The position numbers and the translations under genes were made by a program. Positions 1 through 8,874 of a stretch of DNA of 64,000 nucleotides are shown one piece after another. The notes under the pieces were generated by a model. The model was given only the letters and a program-made list of their open reading frames with translations. It ran no database searches and had not been told where the DNA came from. This DNA is from Pseudomonadota bacterium. GTDB taxonomy: Bacteria; Pseudomonadota; Alphaproteobacteria; Rhizobiales; Amorphaceae. Where the stretch lies: the NCBI GenBank assembly GCA_039189655.1, contig JBCCYN010000002.1:8572-72571 (forward strand), read 5' to 3'. Position 1 is the first letter of the stretch; each line of letters opens with the position of its first letter.

Positions 1-608
1 TCGGCAGTGCAGCCGCTGACCCAAAGGTCTGGCTGGCTGGCGTCCTCGGGTTCGTCGCGCCGGGCGGCGGCAGTGCGGTGAAGAAGCTTGAACGCAATTC
101 CGCAAGGTGTGCGGCCCGCCGGCGCAACGCCGAGCGCGTTGATGGCTGCCTGGGAGGGCAAGTAGGTCGCCTGGGTCAACTCAAATGGCCACAGTGTCAC
201 CGGCGCGCGAAGCTGGAAGCGGCATGCAACCCGGCGCTCGCGCTCCACGTAGGTGGCATCGATCAGGGAGCCGCGGTCGACCTTTTGCCCGTCCTTGAGG
301 GCTGGATCACCATAGGGCGGGGTGAACTCGCAAAGCAGTGCTGCGGGGGTTGGCGCAAGATAATCCGGTAGAAGTTGTTCGAAATAGTTACTCGTAAACT
401 CATGAAATTCGTGTTTTAACTTAAGTTGTACGCGAGCCGCAAGAAAAGCTGCCCCTTCCAGTAGTCCTGCGACCAACGGATCCTGCGTGTCTCGGGTGAG
501 GCCACCGAGCCGTTCGGCAATCCCCGGAAATTCCTTGGCGAATTCTTCGGCGTGATCCTTAAGATAGCGCAGTTCTTGATTGTAAAGAGCGAGAAACTCG
601 CGATCCAT
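1..608 (-). CDS. tssF: T6SS baseplate subunit TssF (ImpG/VasA), 5' part, runs off the window
   Basis: Manual translation from ATG 608: MDREFLALYNQELRYLKDHAEEFAKEFPGIAERLGG...DPLVAGLLEGAAFLAARVQLKL...LLPDYLAPTP, the typical TssF N-terminus; directly follows tssE. Confidence 0.93.
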   Translation of the reverse strand, partial: MDREFLALYNQELRYLKDHAEEFAKEFPGIAERLGGLTRDTQDPLVAGLLEGAAFLAARVQLKLKHEFHEFTSNYFEQLLPDYLAPTPAALLCEFTPPYGDPALKDGQKVDRGSLIDATYVERERRVACRFQLRAPVTLWPFELTQATYLPSQAAINALGVAPAGRTPCGIAFKLLHRTAAARRDEPEDASQPDLWVSGCTA

Positions 609-610
609 CG

Positions 611-1156
611 CTAGAGTCTCTCGACGCGGATCTTGCCGAACTCACTATCTACCTCGGCGACGAATTCAACCGGAATTTTTAGAGGGTCTGCGTAGAGCTC
701 AGCGTAAACTTTAAAACGTAAATTTAGTGATGCTGGATCCACTTCGAGATCCCGCTCAGCAATGATGCTTTGAGGATCTACCCGCGGTTCGTAAGCGATC
801 ATCGCGCCTTTTATTTCCGACGCAATATTGGCGACGCGGCTGTCATCCAGCGTCAATCGCGCGAGATCCGGCATTCCGTAGTTGATGATGGAGGTGGCGA
901 CGTCGGGGGTATCGCTTAGGTCTTCGCTAGCGCTGAGCTGGACTGTGTTGAGTAACGCCTGAAGGTTGGCGGAGACCTCTTCGCGCAAGATGTTTTCGTC
1001 CACCGGATGTCGGCCCATGCCGCGTCGACCACTGATGACCCGGTCGCCACTTTCGTCGCGCAGGTCTAGCGGCTTTTTCGCATCACCAGCCCGGTGGGCA
1101 TCTTTGAAGACAAAGTGCAGGGGCGGCAGAAGGCGGGTCGCTTTCGGTGTCGCCAC
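611..1156 (-). CDS. tssE: T6SS baseplate gp25-like subunit TssE
   Basis: L..LLNT, SIINYGMPDL and YEPR motifs; lies between hcp and tssF. Confidence 0.9.
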   Translation of the reverse strand: MATPKATRLLPPLHFVFKDAHRAGDAKKPLDLRDESGDRVISGRRGMGRHPVDENILREEVSANLQALLNTVQLSASEDLSDTPDVATSIINYGMPDLARLTLDDSRVANIASEIKGAMIAYEPRVDPQSIIAERDLEVDPASLNLRFKVYAELYADPLKIPVEFVAEVDSEFGKIRVERL

Positions 1157-1224
1157 GTGCGCATCGCCTCAAATGAGGGAAGCACAGCGCCAATGCACTG
1201 AGCCTCCCTCGATAACAAACAACG

Positions 1225-1707
1225 TTAGGACCAGGTGTTGTCCTGGGCGTTGAACGCCATCTTTTCGTCCTTGTCCACATCGCCGGTCTGCGACTGGGAG
1301 AAGTACTGGTACTCGATCTTCGCAAAGTTCAGCGAAACGCTTTCGGTGATACGTTCGTCAGAGCCTGAACCACCCGTCTGATAGGACGAGATCAGGACAT
1401 CGGTGAGTTTGATTTTCATGTACTCAAGGGGCTTATCGCCGGCCTTGCGCACCACGAAATCGCCTTTGCTCACGTGCTTACCGCTGGCGCAAAAACGTGC
1501 CAGAACCGGCGATGACAAATCCACGTACTTGGTGATGGTCAAATCCTGGGCGTTGGCCTTACCAGCACCGGCGCCGCCGCCAAGGTGCATTGTGCCGCTC
1601 TGGGTCACTCCCCAGGACCACGCAAGGACGTCAATCTCGTCCTTATGTTTGGAGTCCTTGGACTCGCCCTTGATACCTTCAAGCTTCAAGAAAAAATCTA
1701 CAGCCAT
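1225..1707 (-). CDS. hcp: T6SS tube protein Hcp (TssD)
   Basis: MAVDFFLKLEGIKGESKDSKHKDEIDVLAWSWG, D.SSP.L, ESVSLNFAKI; 160 aa. Confidence 0.96.
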   Translation of the reverse strand: MAVDFFLKLEGIKGESKDSKHKDEIDVLAWSWGVTQSGTMHLGGGAGAGKANAQDLTITKYVDLSSPVLARFCASGKHVSKGDFVVRKAGDKPLEYMKIKLTDVLISSYQTGGSGSDERITESVSLNFAKIEYQYFSQSQTGDVDKDEKMAFNAQDNTWS

Positions 1708-1745
1708 TTTCTACTTCCTCAAATTTGCGCTTATTTCGTCACGCT

Positions 1746-1761
1746 TGTGATCTAGATCACG
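1746..1761. promoter_or_regulatory. CRP/FNR-family-like palindromic box upstream of hcp
   Basis: TGTGATCTAGATCACG; 14-bp perfect palindrome, 15/16 match to the symmetric CRP core TGTGATCTAGATCACA. Confidence 0.55.
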
Positions 1762-1825
1762 GTAAAGTTTCTGTTTGGACCCTACCGCCAGTCGGTTTTG
1801 CTTCGGATTAACACCCTCGCTCCTC

Positions 1826-3316
1826 TTAGTTAGTCGAGGGGAGCTTGGAAACAAGACTTAATCCGATATCCATACCCTCCAATTGATAGTGTGGGCGCAG
1901 ATAAAACCTTGCCGAATAGTAACCGGGATTTTCCTCGTCCGGCACGACGGTGACTTTTGCATCAGCCAGCGGTTTTTCGGCCTTCTGCCGCTCCGACGCG
2001 ATCGCTGGGTTGGAGAGGACGTAGCGATTAATCCAGCTCTGCAACCATGATTGGAGCTCGGCCTCCTCCTTACTAGCGCCCACCTGGTCGCGAACCATGC
2101 ATTTCAGATAGTGTGCGAACCGCGATGTTGCGAAGATGTAGGGCAACCGAGACGAAAGGTTGTCCGACGCTGTCGCCTCCACGTTGTCGTACTTTTTCGG
2201 CTTATAGATGGATTGGCCGCCGATGAACGCCGCCTTGTCGGAATTCTTGCGGTGGATGATGGGCAAGAAGCCAGCCTTGGAAAGCTCGGCCTCGCGCCGG
2301 TCTGAGATGGCGATCTCCGTCGGGCACTTCATGTCCGTGCCATCGTCGGTGGGGAAGGTGTGGATCGGAAGGTTCTCCACTTCGCCTCCGGACTTCACGC
2401 CGCGGATGCGTGTTGACCAGCCATACTCTTTGTAGGCGCGGTTGACGTTGACGGCCATGGCGTACGCCGCGTTCATCCAGGCGTACTTTTCGCCGTGATG
2501 GCCATCGGTCTCCTCTTCGAAGCCGAACTCCTCCACCGGCTCGGTCTGGGCGCCGTAGGGTAGACGCGAAAGGACCCGAGGCATGCAAAGGCCCACATAC
2601 CGGGAATCGCTTTGGTCGCGCAGGCTGCGCCACGCCGCATATTCCGGCGTGTCGAAGATTTTGCCCACGTCACGCGGATTGGCGAGCTCACGCCAACTGT
2701 CCATGCCCATCATGTGCGGGTCGACACCGGCGAAGAATGGCGCATGGGCTGCGCTCGCGATTTGCCCCATGGAGCGAAGGATCGACACATCCTGCGCGGC
2801 CTGGCTGAAGTAGTAGTCACCCACCAGCGCGCCGAACGGCTGACCGCCCAGCTGGCCGAACTCTTGTTCATAGACCTGCTTGAACAGCGGGCTCTGATCC
2901 CACCGCGCGCCCGGATACTCCTTGAACATGCTGCTCAGCTCGTTCTTGGAGATGTTCATCACTCGGATTTTGAGTGATGTGTCCGTTTCGGAGTTGTAGA
3001 TGAGGTGGTGCAATCCCCGCCACGCACTTTCAATGCCTTGGAACTCCGATGAGTGGATGATGGCATTGACCTGATCGCTCAGCTTTTCGTCGAGCTTTGC
3101 AATCATCTCCTCGACGGTATCAAGCACGTCCTCCTTGATGAGGCTCGTGTCTGACAATGCCTGGGCCACAAGGGCGGAGACGGCATTTTGAACGTCGGTC
3201 TCGGCTTGCGTGGAACGCGGCCTGAAATTCTCTTTTAACAGATCAGCAAATTCGTCGGCGGTCTGCTCGACGGATTGGGCGCCTGCTTGTTCCTGAGTGG
3301 TATCTGTCGATGACAT
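1826..3316 (-). CDS. tssC: T6SS contractile sheath large subunit TssC (VipB)
   Basis: FQ.IESAWRGL, YEQEFGQLGGQPFG, MKCPTEIAISDRREAELS, ARFYLRPHYQLEG; 496 aa. Confidence 0.97.
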   Translation of the reverse strand: MSSTDTTQEQAGAQSVEQTADEFADLLKENFRPRSTQAETDVQNAVSALVAQALSDTSLIKEDVLDTVEEMIAKLDEKLSDQVNAIIHSSEFQGIESAWRGLHHLIYNSETDTSLKIRVMNISKNELSSMFKEYPGARWDQSPLFKQVYEQEFGQLGGQPFGALVGDYYFSQAAQDVSILRSMGQIASAAHAPFFAGVDPHMMGMDSWRELANPRDVGKIFDTPEYAAWRSLRDQSDSRYVGLCMPRVLSRLPYGAQTEPVEEFGFEEETDGHHGEKYAWMNAAYAMAVNVNRAYKEYGWSTRIRGVKSGGEVENLPIHTFPTDDGTDMKCPTEIAISDRREAELSKAGFLPIIHRKNSDKAAFIGGQSIYKPKKYDNVEATASDNLSSRLPYIFATSRFAHYLKCMVRDQVGASKEEAELQSWLQSWINRYVLSNPAIASERQKAEKPLADAKVTVVPDEENPGYYSARFYLRPHYQLEGMDIGLSLVSKLPSTN

Positions 3317-3340
3317 ACTCTTCCCCGATTAGGATCCGGC

Positions 3341-3883
3341 CTATTCGTCGGCTTTGGTTTCGGCTGGCTCAGCTGCGCCTTCAGCGCCACCACCGGTGCG
3401 CTTTTGCAGCTCTTCCATCAAAGCAGGGTCCTGCAGCAGCTCCCTGATCTGGTTCGACGCCTTCGTCTTGCCATCCATGAAACGTAGGAGATGCTGGAGT
3501 TGCTCGCGCGCCTCCAGGAGCTTCGCCGTTGCCGGCACCGCTCTGGCCACCGCGGCGGGCGAGAAGTCGTCCATGCTCTTGAAGTTGAGCTTGACCATCA
3601 GCTTCTCTTTGGACTCGGGGTCCAGTTGGTTCGCCACAGCCATCGCCACACCCGGGTCGATCGACGCCATGAACTGACTGAAATTATCCATGTCGAGGTT
3701 CGAGAATGTCCGGTCCGACACCTCGGCCTTTTCGGTGCCCGAAGCGTTGCCGGAAAGATCGGCCATAACACCCATTACAAAGGGAAGTTCAACAAGCTCT
3801 TCAGCGTCATAGGGGTCTTCGTAAGTAATATGGACCCGCGGCGGCCGGTTACGACCAATGAAACCTTGCCCTCGGCTTGGCAT
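3341..3883 (-). CDS. tssB: T6SS contractile sheath small subunit TssB (VipA)
   Basis: RNRPPRVHITYE, ELPFVMGVMADLSG, F.SMDDFSPAAVA; ATG 3883 follows AAGGAG. Confidence 0.96.
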   Translation of the reverse strand: MPSRGQGFIGRNRPPRVHITYEDPYDAEELVELPFVMGVMADLSGNASGTEKAEVSDRTFSNLDMDNFSQFMASIDPGVAMAVANQLDPESKEKLMVKLNFKSMDDFSPAAVARAVPATAKLLEAREQLQHLLRFMDGKTKASNQIRELLQDPALMEELQKRTGGGAEGAAEPAETKADE

Positions 3884-4002
3884 CGTCCGCTCCTTCAAAT
3901 TGGTTTGCAAAATCGGAACCTCTGTTTAAGACGCAGCGGTTCCCGGCAGTCAACGTGCACGCTCAAAAATTTTTCGTGCAACCCTGGAAAAGCCAGAATT
4001 AA

Positions 4003-4018
4003 CGTGATCTGCATCACG
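4003..4018. promoter_or_regulatory. second CRP-like box in the tssB / TPR-methyltransferase divergent promoter
   Basis: CGTGATCTGCATCACG; 13/16 identical to the box upstream of hcp. Confidence 0.55.
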
Positions 4019-4095
4019 GAGACTAGCGCAAGCTGCAGCGTATCACCATGTAGCCGGAATTATTCTATCACTTTTTGAGCTTAAAGGAGCGTGCC

Positions 4096-5448
4096 ATGGC
4101 TAGCGATACCGAAACGAAGCCGCTCGCCGGCGATGGAAGCGAAGACTCAGAAGACGTCGTTGTATCACCCGAGGAGGCCATCAAGCTTGCCATCGGCCTT
4201 CATCAGCAAGGTGCGTTCGACAAAGCTGAATACATTTACCAGCGCATTATTGACCACGACCCGGAGCAGGTGGATGCGCTCCAGTTCCTTGGGGTATTGC
4301 GTTTCACCCAGGGCCGCCTGGAAGAAGCGCTGGACCTTCTGGAAAAAGCGCGTGCCCTCGCCCCAGACGATCCGGGTTTGATGCTGAACTACGGCAACGT
4401 CCTTTTGGAAGCCGGTCGCGGCGACGAAGTGGTCGATATCTACCGCCGCGTTCTAGAAATCGTACCTAAAGACGCAGGCGCCTGGAACAATATGGGGGTC
4501 CTGCTGCGCGCGCTGGGGCGGACGACGCTCGCGGAGGAAGCGTTCCGCAAGTCCATTGAAATTGATCCCGACAAGGCGGGGCCCTGGCACAATCTGGGCA
4601 ATCTCCTCCTCAGCACCGGCCGGGTAAAGGAATCCATCGATGCGGCGCTGCGGTCTGTCACGCTGCTGCCTGAAAGCAAAGTGGGACGGAAGCTCTTGGG
4701 GATCGCCTACGCATATCTGGGCGAAACGGAAAAAGCCAAAGAGGTTTTTCGCAATTGGCTGGACGAATCTCCCGGCGATCCCACCGCGGTGCATCACCTT
4801 GCCGCGCTCGAGGGCCGCGCGCCGGACCGCGCTTCGGACGAGTACGTGGAGCATGTCTTTGACAGTTTCGCCACGTCCTTCGACGCGCGTCTTGAAAGCC
4901 TCGAATACCGGGCGCCACAGGTGGTCCACGAAGCGCTCGCCAAACACGTGTCTGCGGACGCACCGGTGGCCGTGCTTGACGTGGGTTGCGGCACCGGGCT
5001 TTGCGGTCCCTTGGTGCGGCCCCTCGCTAGTCGCCTCGTAGGGATCGATTTGTCGGCAAAGATGATGGAGCGCGCGAAAAAGCGCCATGCCTACGATGCC
5101 TTGGAGAAGGCGGAGTTCATCTCCTACCTCAGGGACCTTGAGGGGACCTACGGAGCAATCATCGCCGCAGATGCACTTTGCTACGTGGGCAAGATGGAGG
5201 ACTTTTCAAAATTTTCGCTCACCGCTCTAGACCCCGGCGGGGTGCTCATTGCCACGTTCGAGGCCGACCAAGACGGTGAAGACGTCGCGCTCCAACACAC
5301 CGGCCGCTACACGCACGGCGATGACTACCTGCGCAACACCTTCAAGGCGGCGGGTTTTGTAGACGTGACATGCTCGTCAGAACTCTTGCGCTACGAGCAA
5401 GGGGACCCGGTGAACGGCTGGCTTCTTACCGCAAAAAGGCCGGCTTAA
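4096..5448 (+). CDS. TPR-repeat protein with C-terminal class I SAM-dependent methyltransferase
   Basis: Several TPR-like repeats (e.g. AWNNMGVLLRALGR, PWHNLGNLL) followed by FD.FA..FD..L..L.YRAP and VLDVGCGTG; AAGGAG RBS before ATG 4096. Confidence 0.88.
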   Translation: MASDTETKPLAGDGSEDSEDVVVSPEEAIKLAIGLHQQGAFDKAEYIYQRIIDHDPEQVDALQFLGVLRFTQGRLEEALDLLEKARALAPDDPGLMLNYGNVLLEAGRGDEVVDIYRRVLEIVPKDAGAWNNMGVLLRALGRTTLAEEAFRKSIEIDPDKAGPWHNLGNLLLSTGRVKESIDAALRSVTLLPESKVGRKLLGIAYAYLGETEKAKEVFRNWLDESPGDPTAVHHLAALEGRAPDRASDEYVEHVFDSFATSFDARLESLEYRAPQVVHEALAKHVSADAPVAVLDVGCGTGLCGPLVRPLASRLVGIDLSAKMMERAKKRHAYDALEKAEFISYLRDLEGTYGAIIAADALCYVGKMEDFSKFSLTALDPGGVLIATFEADQDGEDVALQHTGRYTHGDDYLRNTFKAAGFVDVTCSSELLRYEQGDPVNGWLLTAKRPA

Positions 5449-5495
5449 CGCCTATCTACGGCGCCCCCGGTGGTATCCTGAGCAATGCCCCGCGC

Positions 5496-6203
5496 CTACT
5501 GGGCGTAGCCAAGATCTCGCAGCGCGCGGGGAAGGGCCTGCTGCGCCTCTCCGTCCGTCATTCCGGGACGCATTGCCGGGTGGTAGAGGACGTTTAGGAT
5601 AGCCGCGTCGAACGCCGTAAAGTGGGCGTGCCGGGAGGCGTCGTTGAAAACGCTGTGCCGCAACTCGCGGCTGTCGTTCATGGGCCCAAGCCCCTGCAAG
5701 ACCTCTTCCACAAGGCAACGATCAAAAAGGTAGTCGTCGTCGCCGACGATGATGGCGATGGATTCTTCGATCTGGCCATCCCGCGTCGTCACGCCGACAA
5801 TGCAGCGTGCGTTCATTGCCACCGCGTCGGCTCTCAGTTCCCGCGCCACCACTGCGGCGAAGTCCGACTGACGCACAATGAGCACTTGAAAGTTCGCGTC
5901 TTTGGCGTTCGCCACCTGAAACGCTTCCAGGTGTCTGATGCGTTGCGGAAGGCTGGCTACGAAGTGCTGTGCGGCCTTCAAACGTCGGTGGCCGGAGCGG
6001 TCGTCGATGTGGAAACGCACCGGTGTTTCAAAGCGCTTCACCCTTTGGGCATCGGCATGGCCACCGTATTCGAGCCCGAAGACGGTCTTAAAAAACCCGT
6101 GAGCGACGTCGGCGGCGGACGTCGATGGCGCCGCAACGCTTGCCGCCACCGGGGCGAGGATCGCCACAAGGCCCAGAAATGTTGCCACCAAAGTTTTGGG
6201 CAT
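5496..6203 (-). CDS. exported DUF2927-family protein
   Basis: Signal-peptide-like N-terminus, RFETPVRF, EEVLQGLGPMNDS...SVFND. Confidence 0.7.
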   Translation of the reverse strand: MPKTLVATFLGLVAILAPVAASVAAPSTSAADVAHGFFKTVFGLEYGGHADAQRVKRFETPVRFHIDDRSGHRRLKAAQHFVASLPQRIRHLEAFQVANAKDANFQVLIVRQSDFAAVVARELRADAVAMNARCIVGVTTRDGQIEESIAIIVGDDDYLFDRCLVEEVLQGLGPMNDSRELRHSVFNDASRHAHFTAFDAAILNVLYHPAMRPGMTDGEAQQALPRALRDLGYAQ

Positions 6204-6318
6204 TGACCACACCTGCACAATTTCGCATCCGCTTTGGTAAGTGCATGGTAGCGAGACGCTCGGCATTTGGAACGGCCGATCGTAACGTTTGGTTAACCCT
6301 CTCCGGGAGCGGTTCTGA

Positions 6319-6954
6319 ATGGCGCCAAAAGAACCCTTGCGCAGTGACCCCGATGGGAAGCCTCGCTGCTTCTGGCACGGCGGCCTTGCAGACTACGTCG
6401 CCTACCACGACGAGGAGTGGGGTTTTCCGGTTGGTGACGACACCAGGCTTTTTGAGAAGATCTGCCTCGAAGGGTTTCAGTCCGGCCTGTCCTGGCTGAC
6501 GATCCTGCGCAAACGCGAAAATTTTCGAAAAGCGTTCAAGGGGTTCGATGTGGCCGCCGTGGCGCGCTTTGGCGAAAAGGATGTCGAGCGCCTCTTGGCC
6601 AATCCCGGCATCGTCCGCCACCGCGGTAAAATCGAAGCCACCATCAACAATGCTCGCCGCGCCAGCGACCTTATCGAACGCGAGGGCGAGGGCTCCCTCG
6701 CTAAATTCCTTTGGCGCCATGAGCCCGACAACCTACCAGCGCTAAAGACCATGGAAGACCTGCAGGCCCGGTCGGTGTTGCCGGAAGCGACTGCAGCGTC
6801 GAAAACTCTGAAAAAAGCGGGATGGCGGTTTGTGGGGCCCACAACGATGACCGCTCTTTTCCAAGCTGCGGGCCTGGTGAACGATCATTTTGAGGGGTGT
6901 ATCTGTCGCCGGAAGACGGAGGCTGCTCGCAAGCGCTTCAAACGGCCGGGCTAG
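6319..6954 (+). CDS. tag: DNA-3-methyladenine glycosylase I
   Basis: YHDEEWG, FEKICLEGFQSGLSWLTILRKRENFR, RFVGPTT, NDH..C. Confidence 0.95.
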   Translation: MAPKEPLRSDPDGKPRCFWHGGLADYVAYHDEEWGFPVGDDTRLFEKICLEGFQSGLSWLTILRKRENFRKAFKGFDVAAVARFGEKDVERLLANPGIVRHRGKIEATINNARRASDLIEREGEGSLAKFLWRHEPDNLPALKTMEDLQARSVLPEATAASKTLKKAGWRFVGPTTMTALFQAAGLVNDHFEGCICRRKTEAARKRFKRPG

Positions 6955-7043
6955 ACCCAAAGACAATGCCCGGGTCGGCACAACGCCGGATGGATCCATC
7001 CAGCGTTGGCTCTTGTTGTCGGACGGGCGTGCTGAGGCGACCG

Positions 7044-8321
7044 TCAGGCGGCAAGGGCCTGATCAAGGTCACCGACGATGTCAGCGGAGTCCTCCAGGCC
7101 CACCGAAATGCGCACCACATCCGGCCCCGCGCCAGCGGCCACCTTGGCATCGTCGGCCAGCTGCCGGTGCGTGGTGGAGGCGGGGTGGATCACCAAGCTT
7201 CGCGTGTCGCCGATATTCGCAAGGTGCGAAAAGAGTTTTAGGTTCGACACCAGCTTGACACCCGCGTCATAGCCCCCGGTGAGGCCGAAGGTGAAGACCG
7301 CGCCAGCCCCGTTGGGGCAGTACTTCTTTGCAAGGTTGTGATACCGATCGTTGGGCAAGCTCGGATAGCTCACCCAGGATACCTTGTCGTGTCCGTCGAG
7401 ATACTGCGCCACGGAGAGCGCATTCTCGCAATGCCGCTGCATCCTGAGGGAAAGGGTCTCGATCCCGTTCAACACCAAGAACGCATTCATGGGCGACAGC
7501 GCCGGCCCGAGGTCGCGCAAGCCAAGCACACGGCACGCTATGGCGAACGCAAAATTCCCAAACGTCTCCGCCAGAACCATGCCGTGGTACTCGGGCCTCG
7601 GCTCAGAAAGCATCGGGTAGCGCTTGTCCCCGGCCCATTGGAACGAGCCTCCATCGACGATGACCCCGGCGATGGAATTGCCGTGACCGCCCAAGAATTT
7701 GGTCGCCGAATGGATCACGATGTCGGCGCCGTGCTCAAAGGGGCGCACCAGGTAAGGCGTTGCCATGGTCGAGTCGACGATCAACGGCACGTTGGCGTCT
7801 TTGGCAACGCGCGAAATCGCTTCGATGTCAGTGATCACACCGCCCGGATTGGCGATCGACTCCACGAAAATCGCCTTAGTTTTGTCCGTCACGGCGGCGG
7901 CGAAGGAGGAGGGGTCGTCGCAGTCGGCCCAGCGCACTTGCCAACCGTAGTTCTTGTAGGCGTGGGTGAACTGGTTGATGGAGCCGCCGTAAAGCTTGTT
8001 GGACGAGATAAATTCGTCGCCCGGTGACATCAGCGAATGGAAGGTCACCACCTGCGCTGCGTGGCCCGAGGATACCGCAAGGGCCGCCGTCCCGCCCTCC
8101 AGGGCAGCAACGCGCTCTTCCAGCACAGCACAGGTGGGGTTGCCGATCCGCGTATAGATGTTCCCGAAAGCCTGAAGACCGAAGAGGGACGCAGCGTGAT
8201 CCACATCATCGAAGACGAACGACGTGGTTTGATAGATCGGCGTCGCCCGCGCGCCGGTGGTGGGGTCGGGCTGAGCACCGGCGTGGATTGCGCGGGTGTT
8301 GAAGCCGGGCGTATCGGTCAT
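7044..8321 (-). CDS. metY: O-acetylhomoserine aminocarboxypropyltransferase (PLP-dependent, Cys/Met metabolism family)
   Basis: TPIYQTTSFVF, GNIYTRIGNPT, HSATKFLGGHG, HLANIGDTRSLVIHPASTTH. Confidence 0.9.
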   Translation of the reverse strand: MTDTPGFNTRAIHAGAQPDPTTGARATPIYQTTSFVFDDVDHAASLFGLQAFGNIYTRIGNPTCAVLEERVAALEGGTAALAVSSGHAAQVVTFHSLMSPGDEFISSNKLYGGSINQFTHAYKNYGWQVRWADCDDPSSFAAAVTDKTKAIFVESIANPGGVITDIEAISRVAKDANVPLIVDSTMATPYLVRPFEHGADIVIHSATKFLGGHGNSIAGVIVDGGSFQWAGDKRYPMLSEPRPEYHGMVLAETFGNFAFAIACRVLGLRDLGPALSPMNAFLVLNGIETLSLRMQRHCENALSVAQYLDGHDKVSWVSYPSLPNDRYHNLAKKYCPNGAGAVFTFGLTGGYDAGVKLVSNLKLFSHLANIGDTRSLVIHPASTTHRQLADDAKVAAGAGPDVVRISVGLEDSADIVGDLDQALAA

Positions 8322-8412
8322 GGAGCCGCTCCTTAAAATCCAAGGCCAAGGGCTTAGCGGACCACGCGCGCAATTGAAATGATTTTGGCGTTACGAACCG
8401 GTGTTGCCGACG

Positions 8413-8805
8413 CTACGCGCTGGACTTTCCGCCCTCTTTCTTGGCTTTTTTCGCGCGGGCCCGGGCACGGGCCGACTTGAGGGCGGCGCTGGCCGCTTCC
8501 ATCGCCTTCTTAGCCTCAAGCTTGCGCTTCAGCGGCCGCGTGCGCTTCAACATGGTCGACATGTTTCGGCCGACCCGCTCTTCCACAAAGCTCATGCCCC
8601 GGTCGAGGCGATGGGACCGGGAGCGGGCACCCTTCATGAGCCGACGTGCAGTCGCCGAGACGGTCACGAGCAACACAACGCCCACGGCAATAAGAGGGAC
8701 CCCTGTGGGAAGAGGAGTCCAGACGGTCAGCAGGCCCACCAGCAGACAAACGCCCGCGATGGCGATGTAAATCAACTTTTTCGCGTGGCTCGTCAGCGCC
8801 TTCAT
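8413..8805 (-). CDS. small membrane protein with basic C-terminus (hypothetical)
   Basis: Hydrophobic hairpin LLTVWTPLPTGVPLIAVGVVLL, then a Lys/Arg-rich tail; same strand as neighbours. Confidence 0.6.
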   Translation of the reverse strand: MKALTSHAKKLIYIAIAGVCLLVGLLTVWTPLPTGVPLIAVGVVLLVTVSATARRLMKGARSRSHRLDRGMSFVEERVGRNMSTMLKRTRPLKRKLEAKKAMEAASAALKSARARARAKKAKKEGGKSSA

Positions 8806-8874
8806 TTCGTCCCTGCTCGGCCGAACGATCCGCAGCTAAAGGGCGGCGACGAAATCCGGCAGGTATTTAGAGAG

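Noticed and set aside
3975-3996. Possible sigma-54 promoter for tssB (TGGC...TTGCA on the minus strand)
   Set aside because: GG-to-GC spacing is 13 nt rather than the required 10
8322-8412. SAM-alpha riboswitch upstream of metY
   Set aside because: No GTGGTGATTTG...GCCACGT-like core seen in the short intergenic region
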